From an uncultured Candidatus Saccharibacteria bacterium (GTDB taxonomy: Bacteria > Patescibacteriota > Minisyncoccia > Phycocordibacterales > UBA9988): 64,000 nt of DNA. The stretch is taken from positions 8,848 through 72,847 of the forward strand of contig CAYNXC010000003.1 of the NCBI GenBank assembly GCA_964401135.1. Direction: 5' to 3'. Under the pieces are notes generated by a model. The model was not told where the DNA came from, ran no database searches, and saw nothing but the letters and a program-made list of their open reading frames with translations. Shown here one piece after another: positions 18,740 through 28,174 of the stretch; position 1 is the first letter of the stretch; each line of letters begins with the position of its first letter. A program made the translations under genes and the position numbers.

Positions 18740-19792
18740 ATGAAAGAACGGATATACAACTGGTTCGGCAGCGATGTCGGCATTGACTTAGGGACAGCAA
18801 ACACCCTTGTGTATGTTCGTGGTAAGGGGATTGTGATAAACGAGCCCTCTGTTGTCGCACTCAATTCAAAGACTGGTCGTGTGGTAGCAGTAGGGACTGA
18901 TGCCCGCTATATGTTAGGACGCACGCCAGCACACATTGACGCAATTCGACCATTGGTAGATGGGGTTATCTCAAACTTTGAGGTAACAGAAGAAATGCTT
19001 GCCTACTTGCTTAAGAAAGCGAAGGAGGCGGCAGGGAAGTCATACTTCCGTCCACGAGTCGTTGTTGGTGTCCCTTCTGGGATCACAAATGTAGAACGCC
19101 GAGCAGTTCGAGATGCAACCAGTAATGCAGGGGCACGCGAAGTTCATATTATTGAAGAACCAATGGCGGCGGCAATCGGGGTGCGTTTGCCGGTATACGA
19201 TCCTGTAGGGATGATGGTAGTAGACATAGGAGGAGGGACTACTGATATCGCAGTCATATCACTCGGCGGCATTGTCCGCTCACGGAACTTACATATTGCG
19301 GGAGATAAACTGAATGAGGATATCATCAGCTATATCCGTGATGAGTTTAAGATACTTCTCGGGGAACGAACTGCTGAAGATGTGAAGATAGCGATTGGGT
19401 CAGTATTAAACACTGGGACTGCTCGTGAGACGACGGTACGGGGGAGGGATCTCATCACTGGACTCCCGCGCGAAGTTATCATTACAGATGCGGATATCAG
19501 AGAAGCCATATCAGTTTCTATTGCCACTCTTATTGAGACCATTAAAGAAGTACTCGAGTCTACCCCGCCTGAAGTGGTGTCGGATGTGATGCACCGTGGC
19601 ATTGTCCTGGTTGGTGGGGGAGCACAAATGCATGGGATCCGAGATTTACTTGAGCGAGAAATTTCTATACCCGTCATTGTTGCTGAAGATCCGCTCACTG
19701 CGGTTGTGCGAGGATCAGGTATTGTACTAGAAGAATTTGATCAGTTTAAAGAAGTTCTCATAGATAATGATGAAGCACTTAGTCAGCACTAA
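18740..19792 (+). CDS. mreB: Rod shape-determining protein MreB, paralog 2
   Basis: GIDLGTANT, EEPMAAAIG, DIGGGTTD; followed by mreC. Confidence 0.96.
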   Translation: MKERIYNWFGSDVGIDLGTANTLVYVRGKGIVINEPSVVALNSKTGRVVAVGTDARYMLGRTPAHIDAIRPLVDGVISNFEVTEEMLAYLLKKAKEAAGKSYFRPRVVVGVPSGITNVERRAVRDATSNAGAREVHIIEEPMAAAIGVRLPVYDPVGMMVVDIGGGTTDIAVISLGGIVRSRNLHIAGDKLNEDIISYIRDEFKILLGERTAEDVKIAIGSVLNTGTARETTVRGRDLITGLPREVIITDADIREAISVSIATLIETIKEVLESTPPEVVSDVMHRGIVLVGGGAQMHGIRDLLEREISIPVIVAEDPLTAVVRGSGIVLEEFDQFKEVLIDNDEALSQH

Positions 19793-20573
19793 GGATATCT
19801 CTCGTCGCAAGGAGACGATCCGTACCATCATCCTTATTGTAGTGTTTATCCCGCTCGCGCTCGTTGTCTTCCCCTACGCAGAATCACTACTTATGAGAGG
19901 AGCCCTTTCTCTCGTAAATCCATTCTGGGAAGCAAGGCGAGAGGCACTTGAACCTGAGGTTGGGCTAATATCTCTCTTTACTGATAAAGCTCTCTTACAA
20001 AAAGAGAATGAAGTGCTCAGGAAGAGATTAGCAAACTACCAGGCACTTTCTCTAGAACGAGGACGATTACAGAAAGAGAATGCAGTGCTCCGTGGGATTG
20101 AAGATGCGTATGCCTCCTCCACGCGCCATGTAATTGTCCCTGTTCTTATTTACCCCGACCAATCACTGTACGACACACTCATTGTTGATCTTGCAGGGAT
20201 CCCAGAACAGTTTAAGCAAGAACATACCTGGGTGCATGCGGAGGGGATTGTCATAGGCTCTCTCTCCTCTGTGAACGGGACAAAAGGTAAGGTTACGCTC
20301 CTCTCAACAAGTGGGAATTTAGTTAATGCCTTAATAGGATCCTCAAGTATTTCAAGCGGGCTCACTGGCCAAGGTGGGGGAGCTTTTAGCATGGCGGTAC
20401 CACTAGAAAGTGATGTACGGGAAGGGGATCAAGCAATCCTTCCTACGGCAGGAGGCGCTATCGCTGCTCTTGTATCTACGGTTGAGCGAGATGAGAACGC
20501 ACAAGAGAAGCAAGTCCGTCTACGCACCCCTGTCAACATTTATTCACTCCGCTTCGTTGAGTTAGCACTATGA
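19767..20573 (+). CDS. mreC: Rod shape-determining protein MreC
   Basis: TM, coiled coil (ENEVLRK...ENAVLR), YDTLIVD, GQGGGAF; lies after mreB. Confidence 0.85.
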   Translation: MMKHLVSTKDISRRKETIRTIILIVVFIPLALVVFPYAESLLMRGALSLVNPFWEARREALEPEVGLISLFTDKALLQKENEVLRKRLANYQALSLERGRLQKENAVLRGIEDAYASSTRHVIVPVLIYPDQSLYDTLIVDLAGIPEQFKQEHTWVHAEGIVIGSLSSVNGTKGKVTLLSTSGNLVNALIGSSSISSGLTGQGGGAFSMAVPLESDVREGDQAILPTAGGAIAALVSTVERDENAQEKQVRLRTPVNIYSLRFVELAL

Positions 20574-20836
20574 TGATGGAGCGCGTATTACTCAATGGAG
20601 CACTCTTTCTCGCTTTGGTATGGGGTCCGTGGTGGATTTTTTTCTCTGTAGTACTCCTTGCAATCCTTCTTGTGTATCCAATGTATGAGGTCTCTGTCTA
20701 TGCCCTCTTCTTTGATTTTTTGTACAGTGCTCCTAATACGGGGCTCTGGTCTTTCCCACTATGGGGGACGATCATCTCACTGTGTTTACTTGCGCTCAAT
20801 GCTGTTTCTCGCGAATACATCAGAAATTATGCGTAA
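20570..20836 (+). CDS. Small hydrophobic protein at the mreD position (probable miniature MreD)
   Basis: 88 aa, almost entirely hydrophobic, with LFFDFLY; between mreC and the PBP2 gene. Confidence 0.65.
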   Translation: MMMERVLLNGALFLALVWGPWWIFFSVVLLAILLVYPMYEVSVYALFFDFLYSAPNTGLWSFPLWGTIISLCLLALNAVSREYIRNYA

Positions 20837-22520
20837 ATTCAATTTTTGGAAAAGAAGAGAGTACCCTGAGATTGATCCTGATATCATCTTTCTAGATTCG
20901 CACAATTTGCCAGACTTTGATACGCAGCAATTTGAAGGACGCATTGAGCGCCCAATTTCAAAATTCAGCTTCGCTCTTATCCTCCTAGCTTTTCTTCTCT
21001 GCTCCGGCGCATATCTTTGGAAGATCTCTATACTGCAGATAGCTCATGGTGAGGAGTATTACGCCGCGAGTAAAGACAACCAATTAAGGCATATCCCTAT
21101 CTTTGCGCCAAGGGGCGTCATCTATGATCGTAATAATATCGCGCTTGCCTTCAATGGAGACTCTCGCTCGTACATACAAGAAAACGGCTTTGGTCACCTA
21201 TTAGGCTATGTTAGTCTCCCAAGTAAAAAAGACCTGGAGAATGGTACCTACTACTCAAATGGATTTGTAGGTCGTCAAGGCCTAGAACAAACCTACGAGC
21301 GTTTATTACAAGGAACGCATGGCTTGAAAATTGAGGAGGTTGATGTGCATGGCAACATTATCTCAAGCTCAGTGTTACGAGAACCTTCGGAAGGAAATAA
21401 TTTGACCACTTCAATTGACGCACGAGTGCAAAAAAAGATGTATGAACTCATAGAATCTCTCGCACTTGATAAACACTTCCAGGGAGGGGCGGGGATCATC
21501 ATGGATGTAAAGACGGGTGAGCTTATTACGCTGGTAAGCTATCCAGAATACTCACCTCAGGTACTTGTGGAAGGTAAGGATAGAGAGACGATCTCAGCGT
21601 ACCAAAACGATCCGCAAACTCCATTTCTCAACCGCGCGACACAGGGGCTCTACGCACCTGGATCTATTGTGAAGCCCTTCATCGCTACTGCAGCGTTAAA
21701 TGAGCGCACGATTAGTCCTGATACGGCTATTGTGAGTACTGGCTCAATTTCTATTCCAAACCTATACGACCCAAGTAAACCAACCGTGTTTAAAGATTGG
21801 AAAGCGCACGGATCAGTGAATATGCGACAGGCACTCGCGGTCTCGTCTGATGTGTACTTTTATGTCGTTGGTGGTGGCTATCGCAACCAAGCAGGGCTCG
21901 GCATAGAACGCATTGACAAATATCTACAAAAATTTGGTTTCGGTTCTCCTACAGGGATTGATGTAGAGAAAGAAGCGTCAGGCGTTATCCCAACCCCTAA
22001 CTGGAAGGCTGAACATTTTGATGGAGAAAAGTGGAATATTGGTAATACGTATCACACGGCTATTGGGCAATATGGTTTTCAAGTCACCCCGATACAGACG
22101 GTGCGTGCTATTGCGGCAATCGCAAACGGTGGGAAGCTCGTCACACCACGACTCTACCGTAACGAGACGAGATCAGAGAACGCAGGGAGTCCTATTGGTA
22201 TCTCTGACTCCTTACTAAAAATTGTACGAGAGGGGATGCGTATGGCAGTTACCGAAGGGACGGGAAAGGGTCTCTCTATACCAGGATTCCCCATCGCGGC
22301 AAAGACGGGGACTGCTGAATTAGGAGTCTCAAAAGATAAAGTAAACTCGTGGGTTATCGGCTTCTTCCCCTATGACACCCCGCGCTATGCCTTTGCAGTC
22401 GTGATGGAGCGTGGGGATGTACACAACACCATCGGAGGTGTATTTATTATGCGGCAATTGTTTGATTGGATGCTTGTGAACGCTCAAGAGTATATACGCT
22501 CTCCCCAGACATCGGATTGA
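20829..22520 (+). CDS. mrdA: Penicillin-binding protein 2
   Basis: APRGVIYDR, PGSIVKP (SxxK), SSDVYFY, AKTGTAE. Confidence 0.93.
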   Translation: MRKFNFWKRREYPEIDPDIIFLDSHNLPDFDTQQFEGRIERPISKFSFALILLAFLLCSGAYLWKISILQIAHGEEYYAASKDNQLRHIPIFAPRGVIYDRNNIALAFNGDSRSYIQENGFGHLLGYVSLPSKKDLENGTYYSNGFVGRQGLEQTYERLLQGTHGLKIEEVDVHGNIISSSVLREPSEGNNLTTSIDARVQKKMYELIESLALDKHFQGGAGIIMDVKTGELITLVSYPEYSPQVLVEGKDRETISAYQNDPQTPFLNRATQGLYAPGSIVKPFIATAALNERTISPDTAIVSTGSISIPNLYDPSKPTVFKDWKAHGSVNMRQALAVSSDVYFYVVGGGYRNQAGLGIERIDKYLQKFGFGSPTGIDVEKEASGVIPTPNWKAEHFDGEKWNIGNTYHTAIGQYGFQVTPIQTVRAIAAIANGGKLVTPRLYRNETRSENAGSPIGISDSLLKIVREGMRMAVTEGTGKGLSIPGFPIAAKTGTAELGVSKDKVNSWVIGFFPYDTPRYAFAVVMERGDVHNTIGGVFIMRQLFDWMLVNAQEYIRSPQTSD

Positions 22521-22568
22521 CTTAGAAAGGACAGCACGGTATTATGGCACGACTAAATTAACATATAT

Positions 22569-23030
22569 ATGCAAGGAGAATATATCAGCGAAGAGAAATT
22601 GAAGGAACTGCAGACTGAATTACAAGAGCTCAAGACAGTTACCCGCAAGCGTATCGCTGAACAGCTCGAATATGCAAAATCACTCGGGGATCTTTCTGAA
22701 AATGCCGAATACCATGAAGCACGAGAGGAACAAGCAAATGTAGAAGATAGGATCTCGCGCATCGAAGATATTTTACGCAGGGCAGTAATAGTGGGCACTC
22801 ATCGAGGCAGTACCATAGACCTTGGCTCAACCGTCACCATTACCAAGAAAGGAGCTGATAGCGAGCAAACGCTCACTATTGTTGGCTCTGAAGAAGTAAA
22901 TAGCGCGCAAGGAAAGATTTCAAACGAGTCGCCCATCGGGAGAGAATTGATCGGAAAGAAGAAAGGAGACTCCTTCGTCATACAGGCGCCGCGAGGTAAT
23001 ACCGAATATCTCATTACTGCGGTACAATAG
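22569..23030 (+). CDS. greA: Transcription elongation factor GreA
   Basis: GDLSENAEYHEA, ISNESPIG. Confidence 0.97.
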   Translation: MQGEYISEEKLKELQTELQELKTVTRKRIAEQLEYAKSLGDLSENAEYHEAREEQANVEDRISRIEDILRRAVIVGTHRGSTIDLGSTVTITKKGADSEQTLTIVGSEEVNSAQGKISNESPIGRELIGKKKGDSFVIQAPRGNTEYLITAVQ

Positions 23031-23035
23031 CCACA

Positions 23036-24430
23036 ATGGCATCGCTGGATGAACTTCGAGGAGAACGGCTAAAAAAATTACGGAGCTATGAAGCAGTCCG
23101 TGGAACTGCTTACCCAATAGAGTTGAATCCGAGTGTGCGCATCGTCGATCTTCGGGCTGATTTTGGAGCGTATCAGAAAAAAGGGGAATCCACCCTTGTA
23201 GGGAGGGTACTCGCAATCAGGAGCCAAGGTGCTCTTACCTTTTTTGACATCCACGATGGGAGTGGCAAATTTCAAATAATTGCAAAGAAAGAATCCCTAG
23301 GAGATGAAGCGTTTGCACTACTCGCCGACACTCTAGATACTGGGGATATTGTTGAAGTGCGGGGAACTCTCCTCGTGACAGCTCGTGGTGAAGAAAGCCT
23401 TGATGCCCATGAGTGGCGTTTTGGCGCAAAGAGTCTGCTTCCACTTCCTGATAAGTGGCATGGACTAAAAGATGACGACGAGCGTTTTCGACATCGCTAT
23501 CTGGAGAGTATTCGGGAAGAGGAGGTACGAGAACGCTTTCTCACTCGTTCGCGGATTATCCAACATATCCGCAATTTCCTATTAGAACGAGGTTTTGTAG
23601 AATTTGAGACACCTATACTCCAGCATATTGCTGGAGGAGCAAGCGCAGAGCCGTTCACCACGCACCATAATGCTTTAGACATTCCGCTCTACTTACGCAT
23701 TGCTCCAGAATTACCGCTCAAGATGCTCCTCATTGGAGGCTTTCCAAGAGTCTTTGAGATAGGTCGTTCTTTTAGAAATGAGGGAATTGATGTAACACAT
23801 AATCCTGAGTTTACAACCGTAGAATGGTACGAGGCATTTAGCTCTGCTGCTCGTGCAATGAAGATGGTTGAGGAGCTCTTTAGGAATCTAGTACAAGAAA
23901 TACAGGGATCTCTCATGCTCACGAGTGGGGATACAGAAATTGATTTTAAAAAACCCTTTAGAGTCATCTCCTACACAGATCTTTTGCGTGAATATGCTGA
24001 TGTCCCTGATATACAAGGGAGAGACCTAAAGGAGCTCGATTCGCTCTACAAACGCCTCTGCAGACCGAAGCTCAAAGAGCCGACTTTTGTCACCGAGTAT
24101 CCGGAAGGTATGCTCCCGCTTGCAAAGCGCTTGCGAGATGGGACAGTGGATGCTTTCCAGCTCATTATTGGCGGTTATGAACTGGTAAAAGCATTTTCTG
24201 AACTCAATGATCCGATCGATCAACGAAAGCGTTTTGAACGAGAAGCAGAGAAGAAAGTGCAGGGCGATACCGAGGCACAGGTAAGTGATGAGGACTTCTT
24301 GGAGGCGCTAGAGTACGGTATGCCTCCTGCGGGAGGAGTAGGAATCGGCATAGATCGTCTGACAATGCTCCTCACCAATACAAAGAATATTCGCGAAGTC
24401 ATCTACTTCCCAACCTTGCGGCCAAAGTAA
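23036..24430 (+). CDS. lysS: Lysine--tRNA ligase (class II)
   Basis: LPDKWHGL, GGASAEPFTTHHN, FRNEGIDVTHNPEFT, YGMPPAGGVGIGIDRL. Confidence 0.97.
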   Translation: MASLDELRGERLKKLRSYEAVRGTAYPIELNPSVRIVDLRADFGAYQKKGESTLVGRVLAIRSQGALTFFDIHDGSGKFQIIAKKESLGDEAFALLADTLDTGDIVEVRGTLLVTARGEESLDAHEWRFGAKSLLPLPDKWHGLKDDDERFRHRYLESIREEEVRERFLTRSRIIQHIRNFLLERGFVEFETPILQHIAGGASAEPFTTHHNALDIPLYLRIAPELPLKMLLIGGFPRVFEIGRSFRNEGIDVTHNPEFTTVEWYEAFSSAARAMKMVEELFRNLVQEIQGSLMLTSGDTEIDFKKPFRVISYTDLLREYADVPDIQGRDLKELDSLYKRLCRPKLKEPTFVTEYPEGMLPLAKRLRDGTVDAFQLIIGGYELVKAFSELNDPIDQRKRFEREAEKKVQGDTEAQVSDEDFLEALEYGMPPAGGVGIGIDRLTMLLTNTKNIREVIYFPTLRPK

Positions 24431-24468
24431 TTTTGTGATACGATGTCTTTAGACTTGACCTCTAGGAG
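24416..24468 (+). promoter_or_regulatory. Promoter, weak boxA-like motif and SD for a small orphan gene
   Basis: TTGCGG(24416)-17nt-TACGAT(24439); TGACCTCTAGGA(24456); AGGAG(24464). Confidence 0.5.
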
Positions 24469-24475
24469 AAAACTT

Positions 24476-24661
24476 ATGCGTGACCTTGACATGGGTATGA
24501 AAGCACGATGTATTTGCCGAGATTTACAATACCTTACTGAACAAGATCGTAAGGATCTTGACTCTCAGACACCAGTAGAAGTATTTCAATCTCTTATGTC
24601 TTCGGTGCTTTTTACTGACACACTTCATCCTCCATCATCTCCACCGAATCTTCCGGCATAG
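24476..24661 (+). CDS. Small orphan protein (61 aa)
   Basis: AGGAG 7 nt before ATG 24476; flanked by a promoter and a terminator. Confidence 0.5.
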   Translation: MRDLDMGMKARCICRDLQYLTEQDRKDLDSQTPVEVFQSLMSSVLFTDTLHPPSSPPNLPA

Positions 24662-24685
24662 CCAGTCGTAAGACTCATCTACCAC

Positions 24686-24724
24686 AGGCCTTCGTCCTCT
24701 ACCTAAGATGACGAAGGCCTTTTT
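24686..24724 (+). terminator. Intrinsic terminator
   Basis: AGGCCTTCGTC...GACGAAGGCCT plus TTTT. Confidence 0.8.
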
Positions 24725-24727
24725 CAT

Positions 24728-24795
24728 TGTGGATAAATGGTATTGCGTGGTGGGAGAGAGTGGAATATACTGTATATGTAGTGGTAGAAAGTGGT
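24728..24795 (+). promoter_or_regulatory. dcw promoter with MraZ-type GTGG repeats and a DnaA box
   Basis: TTGCGT(24743)-17nt-TATACT(24766); GTGG at 24729, 24750, 24760, 24781, 24791; TGTGGATAA at 24728. Confidence 0.75.
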
Positions 24796-24809
24796 ATAAA
24801 AGATACACA

Positions 24810-25244
24810 ATGCTCATCGGAGAATATACGCACACCCTTGATGATAAAAAGCGTGTCGCTGTGCCAGCAAAGTTCCGAAAACAGTTGGGAAAGAAGATGA
24901 TTGTGACGCGCGGACTGGATGCTTGTCTCACAGTATACCCTCAGGATGCATGGCAGAGACTCTCAGAGAAGATTGCATTGCTACCCATGGGGACTGCAGA
25001 CTCACGAAGCTTCATCCGATTTATATTCGCAGGAGCGGTAGAGACAGAACTTGACGCACTCGGTCGCATCCTTATTCCAGATTTCCTTAAAGAGTTTGCG
25101 GATCTGAAGAGCAAGGTAATCATTGCGGGATTACAGGATCATGTAGAGGTGTGGGACGAGAAGCGCTGGCGCGAGTACCGCGGAAGGATAGAGAAGGAGG
25201 CAGATATACTCGCAGAGAAGCTTGGTGGCACAGGAATCCTGTAA
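24810..25244 (+). CDS. mraZ: Transcriptional regulator MraZ
   Basis: MLIGEYTHTLDDKKRVAVPAKFR, LDALGRILIP, VEVWD. Confidence 0.96.
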   Translation: MLIGEYTHTLDDKKRVAVPAKFRKQLGKKMIVTRGLDACLTVYPQDAWQRLSEKIALLPMGTADSRSFIRFIFAGAVETELDALGRILIPDFLKEFADLKSKVIIAGLQDHVEVWDEKRWREYRGRIEKEADILAEKLGGTGIL

Positions 25245-26125
25245 TGAGACACGCGTCAGTTCTTTTACAAGAAGTCATTGATGGTCTCTCGCCACAGAAT
25301 GGAGAAACCTTTCTTGATGCGACTCTCGGCAGTGGCGGGCACGCAGAAGGGCTTTTATCTCAGCTGGGAGAGACGGGCACCCTCATCGCCCTTGACCAAG
25401 ATGCTGGAGCGCTCGAACGGGGTAAGACGCGTCTTCTGGAATTGCCAGGCAAAAAATTATTTATTCGTGGCAATTTCAGAAACCTCGTCACACTCCTTAA
25501 AGGAGAAGGAATTGAAAGCTTAGATGGAGCACTTTTTGATCTGGGGATGAGTTCCGAACAGATAGAGGAATCAGGTAGGGGATTCTCATTTTTGCGAGAC
25601 GAGCCACTCCAGATGACGATGAATCAGGATGCCAGACTCAGTGCCGCAGATCTCCTTGCCATACTATCTGAAGAGGAAATTGCCACCATACTCTACGGTT
25701 ATGGTGAAGAGCACTTCTCTCGGAGGATCGCCAAGTTAATTGTAGAAGCACGGAAAGAGAGCCCCATCACGACAAGTGGAGCACTCGTAAGAATTGTGGA
25801 GTCGGCAGTGCCCTTCTGGTATCGGCGTAGACGAGCGCACCCAGCAACAAAGACCTTCCAAGCTCTCCGTATTGCAGTCAATGACGAGTATTTGGCGCTG
25901 GATGAAGGGCTCGCTGGAGCAGGCACGCTGTTGCGAAGTGGGGGGAGACTCGCAGTCATCACCTTCCACGGAGGAGAGGTACGACGAGTAAAAGCATTCG
26001 CAAAGGGGGAAGTGGGTAAAAAATTACATCGCATCAGTAAAAAATCCATTATCCCGAGTAAAGAAGAGCTACGAAGAAACCCTCGCGCACGAAGCGCACA
26101 ATTATATATTTTTAAAAAGCAGTAA
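25244..26125 (+). CDS. rsmH: 16S rRNA m4C1402 methyltransferase
   Basis: HASVLLQE, DATLGSGGHA, DLGMSS, FQALRIAVNDE, NPRARSA. Confidence 0.96.
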   Translation: MRHASVLLQEVIDGLSPQNGETFLDATLGSGGHAEGLLSQLGETGTLIALDQDAGALERGKTRLLELPGKKLFIRGNFRNLVTLLKGEGIESLDGALFDLGMSSEQIEESGRGFSFLRDEPLQMTMNQDARLSAADLLAILSEEEIATILYGYGEEHFSRRIAKLIVEARKESPITTSGALVRIVESAVPFWYRRRRAHPATKTFQALRIAVNDEYLALDEGLAGAGTLLRSGGRLAVITFHGGEVRRVKAFAKGEVGKKLHRISKKSIIPSKEELRRNPRARSAQLYIFKKQ

Positions 26126-26132
26126 TACTACT

Positions 26133-26459
26133 ATGTACACATACAAGACACAAGAACTTGAAAGTAAACTCTTTTGGGCACTGTCACTTGTGCTCTTTTT
26201 CCTATCTGGATCTTATGTGTACCTTATCCAAGAGTCCATCGTGAATGTGGTAGAACGCAGAACTGCACTTTCTGAAAGTGCCGCGCTTGAGGGTGAGATT
26301 GCTTCCTTAGAAGGAGCATATTTGAAGAAGATCGGATATGTGACCTTAGAAAGAGCTTATGAGATTGGTTTTGTAGATGTCTCAGGGAACACGACCTTTG
26401 CCTATGGACGCAGTGAAGGCGGAGGACGAGTCGGTCTCGTGAGCTCTCATGACGAATAG
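26133..26459 (+). CDS. FtsL-like cell division protein
   Basis: TM plus short coiled coil ending A..IGF; between rsmH and ftsI. Confidence 0.65.
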   Translation: MYTYKTQELESKLFWALSLVLFFLSGSYVYLIQESIVNVVERRTALSESAALEGEIASLEGAYLKKIGYVTLERAYEIGFVDVSGNTTFAYGRSEGGGRVGLVSSHDE

Positions 26460-28155
26460 CACTGTATACCGTATCCGTAGTATTTCAGGAGCCCTCGTAT
26501 TGGGAGCACTCCTCATCGTGGTGCGCCTTTTTTTTGTACAGATTGTGCATGGGAGAGAGTATGAAGAGAAGGCTATACAGCAATATAAAGGTAAGGCAGG
26601 GACTTCATTTAACCGAGGGAGTATCTATCTAAGCTCGCGCGAAGGAGCTCCTGTTGCCGCCGCAAGCTTAAGCTATGGCTACACGCTCGCGGTGCACCCT
26701 GTGCAAGTGGCGGAAGGGCATGAAGAAGAGCTCTACACAGCGCTCTCACGCTTTGTACTAATAGACAAAGATGATTTTTTAGCAAAGCTTGCAAAAAAAA
26801 ATGACCCTTATGAAGAGCTACTCTCCCGTATTGATCCAAGCATCGCAACAAAATTAGAAGCGGAGATGATCCCCGGAATAAGTCTCTCAACGCAACGCTG
26901 GCGTGGTTACCCCAGTGGAGCTCTTGCCGCTCATACAATAGGCTTTGTCGGCTATGATGGGGACGATTTCTCTGGTCGATATGGATTGGAAAAAGCTTAC
27001 GAACAAGTATTGGGGAGGAATAAGACGAGAGAGAATATCAATTTTTTTGCCGAACTTTTTAGTGAACTCGGGGACACCTTAGACGATAATGCCGCTCGCG
27101 AAGGAGATATCTATCTCACTATAGAACCAGTAGTGCAAGACACTGCAGAAAAAGCGGCGCAAGGACTGATGAAGACCTACAGTGCGGAAGAGGCTGGTGT
27201 CATCGTCATGGAACCTTCCACTGGGGCACTCCGTGCAATGGCGGCCTTACCCTCTTTTGACCCAGGGGAAAAGAAGGATAACCTCACCGTGCTCCAAAAT
27301 CCATTAGTAGAAAAAGTGTATGAGATGGGTTCTATCGTGAAGCCGCTCACTATGGCAGCCGCGCTTGATGCGGGCGTAGTGACTAGTGGGACGACATATA
27401 ACGACAAGGGATATATAATCATCAATGATGCACGGATTGAGAACTTTGATAAGAAGGGCAGGGGTGTAGTCCCGATGCAGGAGGTGCTCAATAACTCACT
27501 TAATACTGGTGCCGTGTTTGCAATGCAGAAGTTGGGCCGAGATCGCTTCCGCACTTATATGCGTGCCTATGGCTTTGGAGAGAAGACTGGGATAGATCTG
27601 CCGGACGAGGTAAGCGGGCTCACCGACAATCTTGAAAGCACTCGTGATGTAGAGTACGCCACCGCATCCTTTGGACAGGGGATTGCACTTACTCCACTTG
27701 CAATGACACGGGCGCTTGCTTCTTTGGGGAATGGTGGGATGATAGTACGGCCATATATAGTGCAAGAGATAAGATACAAGACGCTTCTTGCAGAAAAGAC
27801 AAAACCGGTCATACTGCGACGAGTTATTAGACAAGAAACAAGCGAGGAGATATCACGGATGCTCGTAACTGTGTTTGACAAGGCGCTTGGTGGAGGAAAG
27901 TATAAAATGGAACACTACAGCATTGCGGCAAAGACGGGGACCGCACAGGTCTCAAAGGATAGCGGTGGATACTACGAGGACCGCTACCTGCACACCTTCT
28001 TTGGCTATTTCCCTGCGTACGATCCACAGTTTATTGTCTTTTTGTATGTGTTGAACCCACACGGAGCGCGTTACGCTTCAGAGACCTTGAGTGACCCATT
28101 CATGGGGCTTGCAAAATTCCTTATCAACTATTATCGCATCCCACCTGATCGTTAA
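26449..28155 (+). CDS. ftsI: Cell division transpeptidase FtsI/PBP3
   Basis: RGSIY, YEMGSIVKP, SLNTG, ASFGQG, AKTGTAQ; dcw position. Confidence 0.9.
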   Translation: MTNSTVYRIRSISGALVLGALLIVVRLFFVQIVHGREYEEKAIQQYKGKAGTSFNRGSIYLSSREGAPVAAASLSYGYTLAVHPVQVAEGHEEELYTALSRFVLIDKDDFLAKLAKKNDPYEELLSRIDPSIATKLEAEMIPGISLSTQRWRGYPSGALAAHTIGFVGYDGDDFSGRYGLEKAYEQVLGRNKTRENINFFAELFSELGDTLDDNAAREGDIYLTIEPVVQDTAEKAAQGLMKTYSAEEAGVIVMEPSTGALRAMAALPSFDPGEKKDNLTVLQNPLVEKVYEMGSIVKPLTMAAALDAGVVTSGTTYNDKGYIIINDARIENFDKKGRGVVPMQEVLNNSLNTGAVFAMQKLGRDRFRTYMRAYGFGEKTGIDLPDEVSGLTDNLESTRDVEYATASFGQGIALTPLAMTRALASLGNGGMIVRPYIVQEIRYKTLLAEKTKPVILRRVIRQETSEEISRMLVTVFDKALGGGKYKMEHYSIAAKTGTAQVSKDSGGYYEDRYLHTFFGYFPAYDPQFIVFLYVLNPHGARYASETLSDPFMGLAKFLINYYRIPPDR

Positions 28156-28174
28156 TCAGGTCTTGATAGATAGT

